From Candidatus Latescibacterota bacterium (GTDB lineage: Bacteria; Latescibacterota; UBA2968; UBA8231), in assembly GCA_965221775.1 (NCBI GenBank), contig CBDCSU010000005.1, positions 1,024,001-1,088,000 of the forward strand: a stretch of DNA of 64,000 bases, in the 5' to 3' direction. Numbering within the stretch: the stretch's first letter is position 1; each line of letters starts with the position of its first letter. Below are positions 55,584 to 64,000 of this stretch, piece after piece. The translations under genes were made by a program, and so were the position numbers. Below the pieces are notes generated by a model. It had not been told where the DNA came from. It was given only the letters and a program-made list of their open reading frames with translations, and did no database searches.

Positions 55584-56590
55584 CCGCAGCCGCCCCTCCG
55601 CCCACGGAGCAGGGACGGACCCTGCTCTACCGGGACGCCGTGAACGAGGCCCTGCGCCAGGAGATGGCCCGCGACCCCTCGGTGTTCTGCATCGGCGTCG
55701 GCATCGGCGAGCGCGGCGGCTCCTACCAGATCACCAAGGGCCTGCACGCCGAGTTCGGACCGAAGCGCGTCATCGATACCCCCATCGCCGAGCCGAGCAT
55801 CGTCGGCGCCGGCGTCGGCGCGGCGATCACGGGCATGCGCCCGGTGGTGGAGGTCCTCTTCGTCGACTTCACCCTGCTCACCATGGACCAGGTCGTGAAC
55901 CAGGCGGCCAAGTTCCGGCTCATGTCCGGTGGCAAGGGCTCGGTGCCCCTGGTCCTGCGCACCCAGGGCGGGGTCGGCGACTCCGTCGCCGCCCAGCACT
56001 CGCAGAGCCTGGAGGCCCTGTTCTACCACATCCCCGGCCTCAAGGTGGCCATGCCGTCGACGCCGTACGACGCCAAGGGCCTGCTCACGAGCGCCATCCG
56101 CGACGACGATCCGGTGATCTTCATCGAGCACAAGCTGCTCTACATGACCGAGGGGCCGGTGCCGGAGGAGGAGTACGCCATCGACCTCGGCGTGGCCGAC
56201 GTCAGGCGGGCCGGCCGGGACTGCACCCTCGTCGCCTGGTCGAACATGGTGCCCCGGTCCCTGGAGGCGGCCGAGCGGCTAGCGGCCGAGGGCATCGAGG
56301 TGGAGGTCATCGATCCCCGCAGCCTGGTCCCCCTCGACCGCCACGCGATCCTGGAGTCGGTGCGCCGCACCGAGCACGTGGTCATCGTCCAGGAGGCCGT
56401 GCGCCGCGGCGGCGTCGCCTCGGACATGGCCTCCATCATCCAGGCCGAGGCCTTCGACTACCTCGACGCCCCGGTGGAGATCGTGGCCGGGCGCAACACG
56501 CCGATCCCCTTCAGCCGCGGCCTCGAGCAGGCCTGCATCCCGCAGGTGGACGATATCCTCGCCGCCGTGCGCCGCGCCGTGTACGCATGA
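55580..56590 (+). CDS. 2-oxoacid/acetoin dehydrogenase E1 beta subunit
   Basis: DTPIAE, GMRPVVE, AQHSQ, DAKGLL, FIEHK. Confidence 0.93.
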   Translation: MTAAAPPPTEQGRTLLYRDAVNEALRQEMARDPSVFCIGVGIGERGGSYQITKGLHAEFGPKRVIDTPIAEPSIVGAGVGAAITGMRPVVEVLFVDFTLLTMDQVVNQAAKFRLMSGGKGSVPLVLRTQGGVGDSVAAQHSQSLEALFYHIPGLKVAMPSTPYDAKGLLTSAIRDDDPVIFIEHKLLYMTEGPVPEEEYAIDLGVADVRRAGRDCTLVAWSNMVPRSLEAAERLAAEGIEVEVIDPRSLVPLDRHAILESVRRTEHVVIVQEAVRRGGVASDMASIIQAEAFDYLDAPVEIVAGRNTPIPFSRGLEQACIPQVDDILAAVRRAVYA

Positions 56591-58050
56591 GGCCCGTGCT
56601 CATGCCCCAGGTGGGCGAGAACCTGACCACCGGCGTGCTCCTGGAGTGGTGCAAGGCCGAGGGCGAGGCCGTGTCGCGGGGGGACGTGGTCGCCGTGGTC
56701 GAGTCGGAGAAGGCGGCCTTCGAGATCGTGGCCGAGGAGGACGGCGTGCTGCTGCGCCAGGACGTCGCCGCCGGCGACCAGGCCCGGGTGCTGGAGCCGA
56801 TCGCCTGGATCGGCGCGCCGGGGGAGGATCCGGACGACGCGGATTCCGCGGCCCGGCCGCCGCAGCGAGAGGCTGCCGCCGGGACGCCATCCGCCGCGAG
56901 TCCGTCGTCCGCCGCGCCGGGATCCGCGACCGGGACAGAAACGGCGGCGGAGTCCGCGGCGGGTCCCAGGGCGCCGGAGCGGGAAGCAGCCGGGGCTGCA
57001 GTGGACCCGCGGCCCTCGCCGGCACCGGAGGCCGCGGCGGCCCCGCCGCCTCGGGAGTCACGCACCGAGCCGGCAGCAACCCCTCGCGCTACTTCCGCAC
57101 CCGCCCCGCCGCGGGCGCATGCACCCGCGGTGACCGGCCTGGACCCGGGGCCCCGGAGCCGGGCCGCGGGCCCTGCCCCCGCGGGAGCCCCCGCCTCCCC
57201 CTCGGCCCGCCGGCTGGCGCGCCAGCTCCTCGTGGACCTGTCCTCGGTGCGCGGCTCGGGCCCGGGGGGCCGCGTGGTGCGCCGCGACGTGCTCACGGCG
57301 GCGCTGAACGACAGCGGCGGCCCCGTGCCCGCGGCGGCAGCGGTGCCCGCCGTGGTCGAGCAGGGCGACCGCCCGGCGCCGCACTCGCGGCTGCGGCGGG
57401 CCGTGGCCGAGCGCATGAGCGCCAGCGCCCGCCACATCCCCCACTTCCACCTCTTCGCCGACGTCGACGTCACCGAGGCCCAGGCCCTGCGCCGGGGGCT
57501 GGGAGGGGATCCGGCCGTCTCCCTCACCGACCTGCTGGTGGCCGCCGCGGCCCGGGCCCTGCGCCGTCACGAGCGCATCAACGCCCACGTCGGCGACAGC
57601 GGCCTCGTCCTCAAGGCGGGGTGTCACGTGGGACTGGCCGTCGCCGTCGACGAGGGGGTCCTCGTGCCGGCCCTGGCCGACGCCGACCGCAAGAGCCTGG
57701 CGGAGCTCGCCGAGGCCCGGGCCGCCCTCGTGGAGTCCGCCCGCCGCGGCCTGGTGCCGCCGGAACCGGCGCCGACCTTCACGGTGACCAACCTCGGCGG
57801 CCACGGGATCACCCGGTTCCTGCCCCTGATCAACCCCCCCGAGTGCGGCATCCTCGCCGCCGGCCGCAGCGAGGAGCGGGTCGTGGCCCGGGCGGGGGCC
57901 GCAGCGGTGCGCGAGGTGATCACCCTGGTCCTGGCCTGCGACCACCGGGCCGTGGACGGCGCCTACGCCGCCGGCTTCCTGGAGGATGTCCGGCAGGGCC
58001 TGGAGCAGCCCCGCGACCTCGCTGCAGGCGGAGGTCCCGCCGCCCCGTGA
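56587..58050 (+). CDS. Dihydrolipoamide acyltransferase E2
   Basis: Lipoyl ESEKA, long Ala/Pro linker, ASPSARRLA, GSGPGGRV, DHRAVDG. Confidence 0.93.
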   Translation: MRPVLMPQVGENLTTGVLLEWCKAEGEAVSRGDVVAVVESEKAAFEIVAEEDGVLLRQDVAAGDQARVLEPIAWIGAPGEDPDDADSAARPPQREAAAGTPSAASPSSAAPGSATGTETAAESAAGPRAPEREAAGAAVDPRPSPAPEAAAAPPPRESRTEPAATPRATSAPAPPRAHAPAVTGLDPGPRSRAAGPAPAGAPASPSARRLARQLLVDLSSVRGSGPGGRVVRRDVLTAALNDSGGPVPAAAAVPAVVEQGDRPAPHSRLRRAVAERMSASARHIPHFHLFADVDVTEAQALRRGLGGDPAVSLTDLLVAAAARALRRHERINAHVGDSGLVLKAGCHVGLAVAVDEGVLVPALADADRKSLAELAEARAALVESARRGLVPPEPAPTFTVTNLGGHGITRFLPLINPPECGILAAGRSEERVVARAGAAAVREVITLVLACDHRAVDGAYAAGFLEDVRQGLEQPRDLAAGGGPAAP

Positions 58051-59018
58051 GCCCCGCCGCCCCCCCCGGCGCCCCGGTCCTGTCCCTGGGCGAGGCCCTG
58101 GTGGAGTTCATGCCGGAGCCGGCGGGGCAGAGCATGCGCCGCGCCGTGAGCTGGAGGAAGTACGCCGGCGGCGGGCCGGCGACCTATGCCGCCGCGGTGG
58201 TGCGCTGCGGCCGGCCGGCGGCCCTGATCACGCGCCTCGGGGACGACGCCTTCAGCGACTTCCTGGTCGACGCCCTGGCGGAAGAAGGGGTCGACGTGTC
58301 GCGGGTCTTCCGCGTCCCCGGGCGCCAGGCCGGGATCTGCTTCCACGAGTGCATCGAGGGGCGTACCACCCTGGCCTTCCAGCGCCGCGACTCGGCGGCC
58401 ACCACCCTCGGCCCGGAGGACATCGACCCCGGGGCCATCGCCGGCGCCGCCGCCCTGCACGTGCCCGGCACCACCCTGCAGATCAGCGACGGCGCCCTCG
58501 AGGCGTCCCTGGCGGCCATCGCCTCGGCCCGGGACGCCGGGGTCCCCGTCTCCTTCGACCCGAACGTGCGCGCCCTCCCCGGCGCCGCCCGAACGGCCGC
58601 TGCCTTCGAGGAGGCCGTGGCCGCTGCCGACGTGGTCACCCCCACCCTGGAGGAGGCGGCGGCGATCACGGGTCGCGAGGATCCGGTGGAGGCTGGCCGC
58701 GAGCTGCTCGCCCGGGGTCCGCGGCTGGCGGTGGTGACCCTGGCCGCCGAGGGCTGCGTGGTCCTGGCCGAGGGCGCGGAACCCGTGCGCTGCCCCGGCT
58801 ATCCCGTGCCGGTGGTGGAGCCCACCGGCGCCGGCGACTGTCACGCCGCAGCGACGACGGTGGGCTTTCTCGAGGGCTGGGGGCCGGAGCGCATCGGCGC
58901 TTTCGCCAACGCCGCCGGCGCCATTGCCGTCACTGCCATGGGCCACTTCGGGCCGGCCCTGCCGACACCGGACCGCATCTCCGAGCTGATGGGCAGGGGC
59001 CCGGAGGCAGGGCGATGA
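58047..59018 (+). CDS. PfkB family carbohydrate kinase
   Basis: GEALVE, AGG, SFDPN.R, PTGAGD. Confidence 0.92.
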   Translation: MSPAAPPGAPVLSLGEALVEFMPEPAGQSMRRAVSWRKYAGGGPATYAAAVVRCGRPAALITRLGDDAFSDFLVDALAEEGVDVSRVFRVPGRQAGICFHECIEGRTTLAFQRRDSAATTLGPEDIDPGAIAGAAALHVPGTTLQISDGALEASLAAIASARDAGVPVSFDPNVRALPGAARTAAAFEEAVAAADVVTPTLEEAAAITGREDPVEAGRELLARGPRLAVVTLAAEGCVVLAEGAEPVRCPGYPVPVVEPTGAGDCHAAATTVGFLEGWGPERIGAFANAAGAIAVTAMGHFGPALPTPDRISELMGRGPEAGR

Positions 59019-59866
59019 CTCCGCTGCGCATCGCCCTCGCCCAGACGCGCCAGACCGCGGACCGGCAGGACAACCACCGCGCCATCGTGGAGGCGATCGA
59101 TCGCGCCGGGCAGCAGGACGCGCGCATCCTCTGCTTCCCCGAGGCCCAGACCTTCGGCTACCGGGTGGACATCGCCGAGCCGGCCGAGCCGACCCCCCTC
59201 GCCTGGCTCGAGGACCTCCACGCCGAGGTGGCCCACCGCTGCGCCCGCTTCGGCATGGCCTGCATCCTCGGCACCGAGGTGCCGTCGGCAGGCGGCCGGC
59301 CCTACAACTCGGCCCTGGTCATCGACGAGGACGGCGTCTTCCTGGGCGCCCACCACAAGACCATGCTCACGCCGCTGGACGCGCTCGCCTACGAACCCGG
59401 CACCGGCGCCCACACCTTCTCCCTCTTCGGGGTCACCGTGGGCGTGGTGATCTGCTTCGAGGGTCTGCGCTTCGCCGGCACCACGGCCGAGTGCGTGCGC
59501 CGCGGCGCCCAAGTCGTCTTCCACCCACAGAACAACACCACCCGCCCCAACGACTGGAAGATCCCCCTGCACCACGCCATGATCGTCACCCGCGCCGCCG
59601 AGAACACGGTCTGGTTCGCCTCGTGCAACGCCTGTCTGCCCCACCAGAACAGCCGCAGCCTCGTCGTGGCTCCCGACGGCCGCATCCACGCCCGCACGGA
59701 GCTGAAGCGCGAGGAGGTCCTGGTGGCCGACATCGACGTCAGTCAGGCGACGCGGGCCATGTTCCGCCTGGGCGAGCGGGGGGCGGCGGCGGGGGCCCTG
59801 GAGGACAGCGCGGGACTGCTGTTCGCGGACACGGTGAAGCGGGAGGAGTATGCCGAAGACGGCTGA
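59015..59866 (+). CDS. Carbon-nitrogen hydrolase (nitrilase family)
   Basis: FPE, HHK, ICFE catalytic triad, RAAEN. Confidence 0.92.
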   Translation: MTPLRIALAQTRQTADRQDNHRAIVEAIDRAGQQDARILCFPEAQTFGYRVDIAEPAEPTPLAWLEDLHAEVAHRCARFGMACILGTEVPSAGGRPYNSALVIDEDGVFLGAHHKTMLTPLDALAYEPGTGAHTFSLFGVTVGVVICFEGLRFAGTTAECVRRGAQVVFHPQNNTTRPNDWKIPLHHAMIVTRAAENTVWFASCNACLPHQNSRSLVVAPDGRIHARTELKREEVLVADIDVSQATRAMFRLGERGAAAGALEDSAGLLFADTVKREEYAEDG

Positions 59867-59888
59867 CTCTCAGATTGAAGGAGGAGAT

Positions 59889-60074
59889 ATGGGCCTCTTT
59901 GAGGGCGCTCAATTCCTGATAGTGATTCTCTGGTTCCTGCTATCGACAGCCTGGGCCGTATCGCTGTGGTGGGAGCTTCGCCGAGCTCGTCGGAGTGTGG
60001 AGGCGATTCAACGGGTTCTGGAGTGGGAAGGAGCAAAGGGCCGAATCCAGAACTGGCAGGAAGGGGGAGATTGA
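59889..60074 (+). CDS. Small membrane protein
   Basis: GGAGGAG RBS, one TM helix, 61 aa. Confidence 0.5.
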   Translation: MGLFEGAQFLIVILWFLLSTAWAVSLWWELRRARRSVEAIQRVLEWEGAKGRIQNWQEGGD

Positions 60075-60085
60075 GTCGCGCGAGC

Positions 60086-60138
60086 CCCGCCGCTCAGGGC
60101 AGATGCCAGCGTACCGGCTCCAGGCGCGTCTCCTCCGG
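60086..60138 (-). repeat. Degenerate copy of the 3' end of the BNR gene (60578-60630)
   Basis: 45/53 nt match by hand alignment; PEETRLEPVRWHLP* against PEQTRLELVRWRLP*. Confidence 0.85.
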
Positions 60139-60296
60139 CGCCGAGGCGGGAGCAGCGGTGCATGGCGAGCTCGAAAACGCTTGCGCGGGAACCGCTTGGA
60201 GAAGCCTTGACGCTTAGGGGGGCGATGCTCACCTTCGATTCAAGGTGAGCATCGCCGCTCTTCTGCTCACACCCCTGACCTCGGAGGGAACCGCCC

Positions 60297-60503
60297 ATGC
60301 GCGCAGATCAACAGCCAGCCACGAAGGCCGACCTTGAACAACTTGAGCGCAATCTGAGGACGGAGATCCGGTCTCTGACGACGATCGTGGAGAGAAAGTT
60401 CGCCACCCTCGACGAGCGGCTGACTCTGGCGGGTCAGGCCCTGGCCGGAGACACAGACAGCTGGCGCGAGAGGGTGGTCGAAGAGATGGCCGAACAGGAG
60501 TAG
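60297..60503 (+). CDS. Small coiled-coil protein (ATKADL motif, DUF1640-like), possibly truncated
   Basis: GGAGG RBS; PATKADLEQLERNLRTEI. Confidence 0.6.
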   Translation: MRADQQPATKADLEQLERNLRTEIRSLTTIVERKFATLDERLTLAGQALAGDTDSWRERVVEEMAEQE

Positions 60504-60534
60504 GGGTCGCCGGGCGCCGAGCCGGCGGCCTGCG

Positions 60535-60561
60535 GGGCTCAGCCGAAGTCCCGCTGAGCCC
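60535..60561. terminator. GC-rich hairpin between convergent genes
   Basis: GGGCTCAGC-N9-GCTGAGCCC perfect stem; no U-tract. Confidence 0.4.
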
Positions 60562-60585
60562 ACCCGTTTGGGATGGACCCGCCGC

Positions 60586-61725
60586 TCACGGCAGGCGCCA
60601 ACGCACCAGTTCCAGGCGCGTCTGCTCCGGAGACTCCCGGTACGAGTAGCAGGTCAGCAGCTCTTCATTCTCCAGCTCCACCGTGTTGCCGAACCCGCCT
60701 CCCTGGGCCAGGCCCCAGGGCGTGCGCCCCTCGATGGTGATCCGGTCCGCCGAGAAGTCCCAGGTCTCGCCGTCGTCGTGGCTGACCAGGGCCCGCAGGC
60801 CCAGAGGCTGGAAGGTGGACCGCTGGGTGTAGGTCAGTAGCACCCGCCCGTCCGCCAGCCGCAGGGCCCGCATGTAGTGCAAGCCGTAGTCCCCGAAGTC
60901 GCTCAGGCTCGACCAAGTGAGGCCGCCGTCGGCGGATCGGCACACCAAGGTCCGGTCGATGCCGTCGTCACCCGCGGGGACCGCGCGTCCGTCTTCCATG
61001 GGGAACATCGGGCTCGGGGGCCCGCAGCGGATCCAGTGGATGAGGTCGCCCCCGCGGGTCAGATAGTTGAAGTCCTCGCCGAAGAAGCCGTCGTAGTTGT
61101 CGTAGGGCCGCTCGCCGTAGTCGGGGATCGCCACCCGCCGGGTCTGGTCCCAGGTGACGCCTTCGTCCGTGGACCGCCACATCCAGGCCAAGGCCGAGTC
61201 CCCCAGGCTCACCCCGTAGAGCAGGGTCCCGTCGGGCCGCTCCACGACGTTGCGGCTGGTGTGCGTCCACTTCTCCTCCGGCTCGCCGCGGCGGGCCTCG
61301 CCCGTCAGCAGGAGCTTCGTCCGCTCCCAGGTGCGGCCGCCGTCGGTGGAGCGGTGCAGGTAGCTGTGGATGCTGCCGTCCTCGTTGCGGGCGTCCCTCT
61401 CCAGGATGTGGCTGCTGGAGAACAGAACGCCGGCGCTCGTGCAGGTCAGCCACTGCTCGCGGCCGATGACGTCATCGGCCACCTCGGGCTCCGTCCAGGT
61501 TCGGCCGCCGTCGACGGACCGCCGCAGGGGCATGGTCTCGGTCCAGGTGCCGGCCTCGGGGTCTCCCTTGTTGTCGAGGGAGACGAGGACCAGCTCGCCC
61601 CCGGGCAGGAGCGCCAAGCTCGGCTTGTACCCCTCCCCGAGGTCGAGGCGCTCGGCCTCGATCGTCCAGGTGCCCAGGCGGCGCGGGTGATCCACCCGGA
61701 TCGGCAGGTCGGTGGTCGGGTTCAT
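60586..61725 (-). CDS. BNR/Asp-box (sialidase-like) protein
   Basis: SVDGGRTW, STDGGRTW, STDEGVTW, SADGGLTW, SHDDGETW. Confidence 0.87.
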   Translation of the reverse strand: MNPTTDLPIRVDHPRRLGTWTIEAERLDLGEGYKPSLALLPGGELVLVSLDNKGDPEAGTWTETMPLRRSVDGGRTWTEPEVADDVIGREQWLTCTSAGVLFSSSHILERDARNEDGSIHSYLHRSTDGGRTWERTKLLLTGEARRGEPEEKWTHTSRNVVERPDGTLLYGVSLGDSALAWMWRSTDEGVTWDQTRRVAIPDYGERPYDNYDGFFGEDFNYLTRGGDLIHWIRCGPPSPMFPMEDGRAVPAGDDGIDRTLVCRSADGGLTWSSLSDFGDYGLHYMRALRLADGRVLLTYTQRSTFQPLGLRALVSHDDGETWDFSADRITIEGRTPWGLAQGGGFGNTVELENEELLTCYSYRESPEQTRLELVRWRLP

Positions 61726-61815
61726 CTGGGGTCTCCTCGGGATCGGTGCCCTTGTTGCGGCCGTGGTGCCCTGCGTCTGAGGTTAGGGAAACCAGTTGCG
61801 CGTGGCATAGTTGCA

Positions 61816-61967
61816 GAACCCGACGACGAGATCGTGCTGGAAGCGTTGCCAACGGCCAGGCCGACGCGCTGCTCACCCACAACGTCAGGCACTTCGCGCC
61901 GGCGGTCCGGCGCTTCGGCCTGGGCACCCTGACGCCGGGCCGGTTGCTGGCGGAGATACCCGGATGA
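61816..61967 (+). pseudogene. C-terminal, frameshifted remnant of a PIN-domain toxin
   Basis: EPDDEIVLEA /frameshift/ ANGQADALLTHNVRHF...RFGL..LTPG; the N-terminus is missing. Confidence 0.78.
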
Positions 61968-62209
61968 GCAACTCCGCATACCCCCTCAGGCTGCCCGCCT
62001 CCGTGAAGGCCGCGGCCCAGCGGCTCGCCAGCGAGGACGGGGTCTCCCTGAACCAGTGGATCGCATCGGCCGTGGCCCAGAAGATCGGCGCCGTCGAGAC
62101 CGCCGCGGAGTTCCTCCGGCGGCGCTCGGGCGATGCCGTGCCCGGGGACATGCTGCCCTTCCTCGAAACCGCGCCCGACGCCGCCCCGCCGCTGGAGGAC
62201 GAGCCCTGA
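61964..62209 (+). CDS. HicB-like/RHH antitoxin
   Basis: YPLRLPASVK..A..LA..DGVSLNQWIASAVAQK. Confidence 0.87.
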   Translation: MSNSAYPLRLPASVKAAAQRLASEDGVSLNQWIASAVAQKIGAVETAAEFLRRRSGDAVPGDMLPFLETAPDAAPPLEDEP

Positions 62210-63633
62210 CCCCCACCCGGCCGAACATCCTCCTCATCCTGATCGACGACCTGGGGTGGACCGACCTGGCCTGCTGCGGCAGCGAGTTCTACGAGACGCC
62301 CAACCTCGACCGGCTGTGCGGCGAGGGGATGCGCTTCTCCGACGCCTACGCCGCCGCGCCGGTCTGCTCGCCGACGCGGGCGAGCCTGCTCACCGGCAAG
62401 TACCCGGCCACCGTGGGCGTCACCGACTGGATCGACTGGCAGGGGCTGGTGCACCCGGCCCGGGGCGCCGTCGTCGACGTCCCCTACCTGAAGGACCTGC
62501 CCGCCTCCGAGCACTCCCTGGCCGCCGCCTTGTCCGACGCCGGGTACTCCACCTGGCACGTGGGCAAGTGGCACCTCGGAGGGCCGGGGCACCTGCCGGA
62601 GGATCACGGCTTCGAGGTCAACGTCGGCGGCGGCCACAGGGGCTCGCCCGGCGCCGGCGGCTACTTCAGCCCGTGGACGATCGAACCGCTCGCCGATGTC
62701 GACGTGCCCGAGGGCACCTACCTGACCGACTACCTCACCGACCGCGCCGTCGACCTGATCCGCCACGCCGGCGATCGGCCCTTCTTCCTCAACTTGTGGT
62801 ACTACAGCGTACACACGCCGATCCAGGCCAAGGCCGGGACGGTGGCGCGCTACGAGGACAAGGCGAAGGGCCTCGGTCTCGACCGCTTCGAGAGCTTCGC
62901 CGAGGGCGAGCCCTTCCCCTGCGAGCACAAGCGGAACCAGCGCGTACGCCGCCGGCTGCTGCACTCCGACGCGGTGTACGCCGCCATGATCGACGCCCTC
63001 GACGAGAACATCGGCCGCGTGCTCGACGCCCTCGACGAGACGGGCAAGGCCGGAGACACGCTGGTCATCTTCACCTCCGACAACGGCGGGCTGGCCACGT
63101 CGGAGGGCTCGCCGACCTGCAACGCCCCCCTGGCCGAGGGCAAGGGCTGGATGTACGAGGGCGGCACCCGCGAGCCCCTGATCGTGCGCTGGCCGGGGCG
63201 GCTCGCCGCCGGCAGCCGCTGCCGGGTGCCGGTGACCTCCCCCGACTTCTACCCGACGGTGCTCGACGCCGCCGGCCTGCCGCCGATCCCGGAGCAGCAC
63301 GTGGACGGCGTCAGCTTCCTGCCGCTCCTCGAAGGCGCCGGCGCCCTCGAACGGGAGGCGATCTTCTGGCACTACCCCCACTACGGCAACCAGGGAGGCA
63401 CCCCGGGCTCCTCGGTGCGCCGCGGGGACTGGAAGCTGATCGAGTTCTTCGAGGACGGACGGCGGGAGCTCTACAACCTGGCGGACGACTTGTCCGAGGA
63501 CCACGACCTGGCCGCGGAGAACCCCGACGTGGCGCGCGACCTGCACGAGGAACTGGCGGCCTGGCGGGAGACCGTGGCCGCGAAGATCCCGGCCCCCAAT
63601 CCCGGGCGGACGGGCAAGTCGAGGAAGGGATGA
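62206..63633 (+). CDS. Sulfatase (arylsulfatase A-like)
   Basis: PNILLILIDDLGW, CSPTRAS, VGKWHLG, SDNGG, GKG.MYEGG; the only nearby start is CTG at 62206. Confidence 0.92.
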   Translation: MTPTRPNILLILIDDLGWTDLACCGSEFYETPNLDRLCGEGMRFSDAYAAAPVCSPTRASLLTGKYPATVGVTDWIDWQGLVHPARGAVVDVPYLKDLPASEHSLAAALSDAGYSTWHVGKWHLGGPGHLPEDHGFEVNVGGGHRGSPGAGGYFSPWTIEPLADVDVPEGTYLTDYLTDRAVDLIRHAGDRPFFLNLWYYSVHTPIQAKAGTVARYEDKAKGLGLDRFESFAEGEPFPCEHKRNQRVRRRLLHSDAVYAAMIDALDENIGRVLDALDETGKAGDTLVIFTSDNGGLATSEGSPTCNAPLAEGKGWMYEGGTREPLIVRWPGRLAAGSRCRVPVTSPDFYPTVLDAAGLPPIPEQHVDGVSFLPLLEGAGALEREAIFWHYPHYGNQGGTPGSSVRRGDWKLIEFFEDGRRELYNLADDLSEDHDLAAENPDVARDLHEELAAWRETVAAKIPAPNPGRTGKSRKG

Positions 63634-64000
63634 CCATGGGCAAGGAGACGGGAGGAGGGACGCTGCGAGCCGGCGTCATCGGCTGCGGCGGCCGCGGCCA
63701 TGCCCACGCCGAGGGCTACGCGGAGGACGAGCGCGTCACGATCGCCGCCTGCGCCGACCCCTCCGAGGAGGCCCGGACCGCCCTCGCCGAACGCTTCGGG
63801 GTGGAGCGGACCTGGGCCGACTACGAGGAGATGCTGGACCGGGAGCGCCTCGACCTCGTCAGCGTCTGCACCTGGCCCCACCTGCACCGGCCGATGATCG
63901 AGGCGGCCGCCGGCGGCGGCGCCCGGGCGATCCACGCCGAGAAGCCGATGGCCCCCACCTGGGGGGACGCCCGGGCCCTGCACGCGGCCTGCGAGGAGCG
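63630..64000 (+). CDS. Gfo/Idh/MocA family oxidoreductase, 3' end runs off the window
   Basis: Manual translation: AGVIGCGGRG..HAEGY...LDLVSVCTWP.LH...EKPMA. Confidence 0.9.
   Translation, partial: MTMGKETGGGTLRAGVIGCGGRGHAHAEGYAEDERVTIAACADPSEEARTALAERFGVERTWADYEEMLDRERLDLVSVCTWPHLHRPMIEAAAGGGARAIHAEKPMAPTWGDARALHAACEE

Noticed and set aside
56820-57200. Long Ala/Pro-rich low-complexity stretch
   Set aside because: Normal flexible linker of E2 acyltransferases.

Overview
High-GC bacterial chromosome segment with about 55 genes and gene fragments. I found no rRNA, tRNA, CRISPR array, integrase or transposase. The content resembles marine sponge-associated Latescibacterota/Gemmatimonadota-type genomes (inference): 3 PhyH dioxygenases, 3 mandelate-racemase-family enzymes, 2 BNR/sialidase proteins, 2 sulfatases, Gfo/Idh/MocA oxidoreductases, an internalin-like LRR protein, and secreted proteins with FlgD-Ig or C-terminal SWGxLK tails. 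The catabolic backbone is interrupted by small inserts: intact Phd-ParE, Xre-RES and HicBA toxin-antitoxin (TA) pairs, broken Fic, HEPN, PIN and M48 genes, an EEP nuclease-like gene and small coiled-coil ORFs. The main observations are: (1) a stand-alone A-T-R NRPS-like reductase (1-2432, minus strand, missing from the ORF track) whose adenylation domain resembles fungal glycine-betaine reductase ATRR; (2) a recurring 3'-end echo, in which a degenerate copy of a host gene's last codons lies on the far side of an inserted segment with no mobility gene (44874, 54354, 60086, possibly 52038); (3) a secreted COG4337 iota-class carbonic anhydrase; (4) a coupled ATPase/PD-(D/E)XK plus HEXXH-protein pair. 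All family calls come from recognising motifs by eye, not from database searches.
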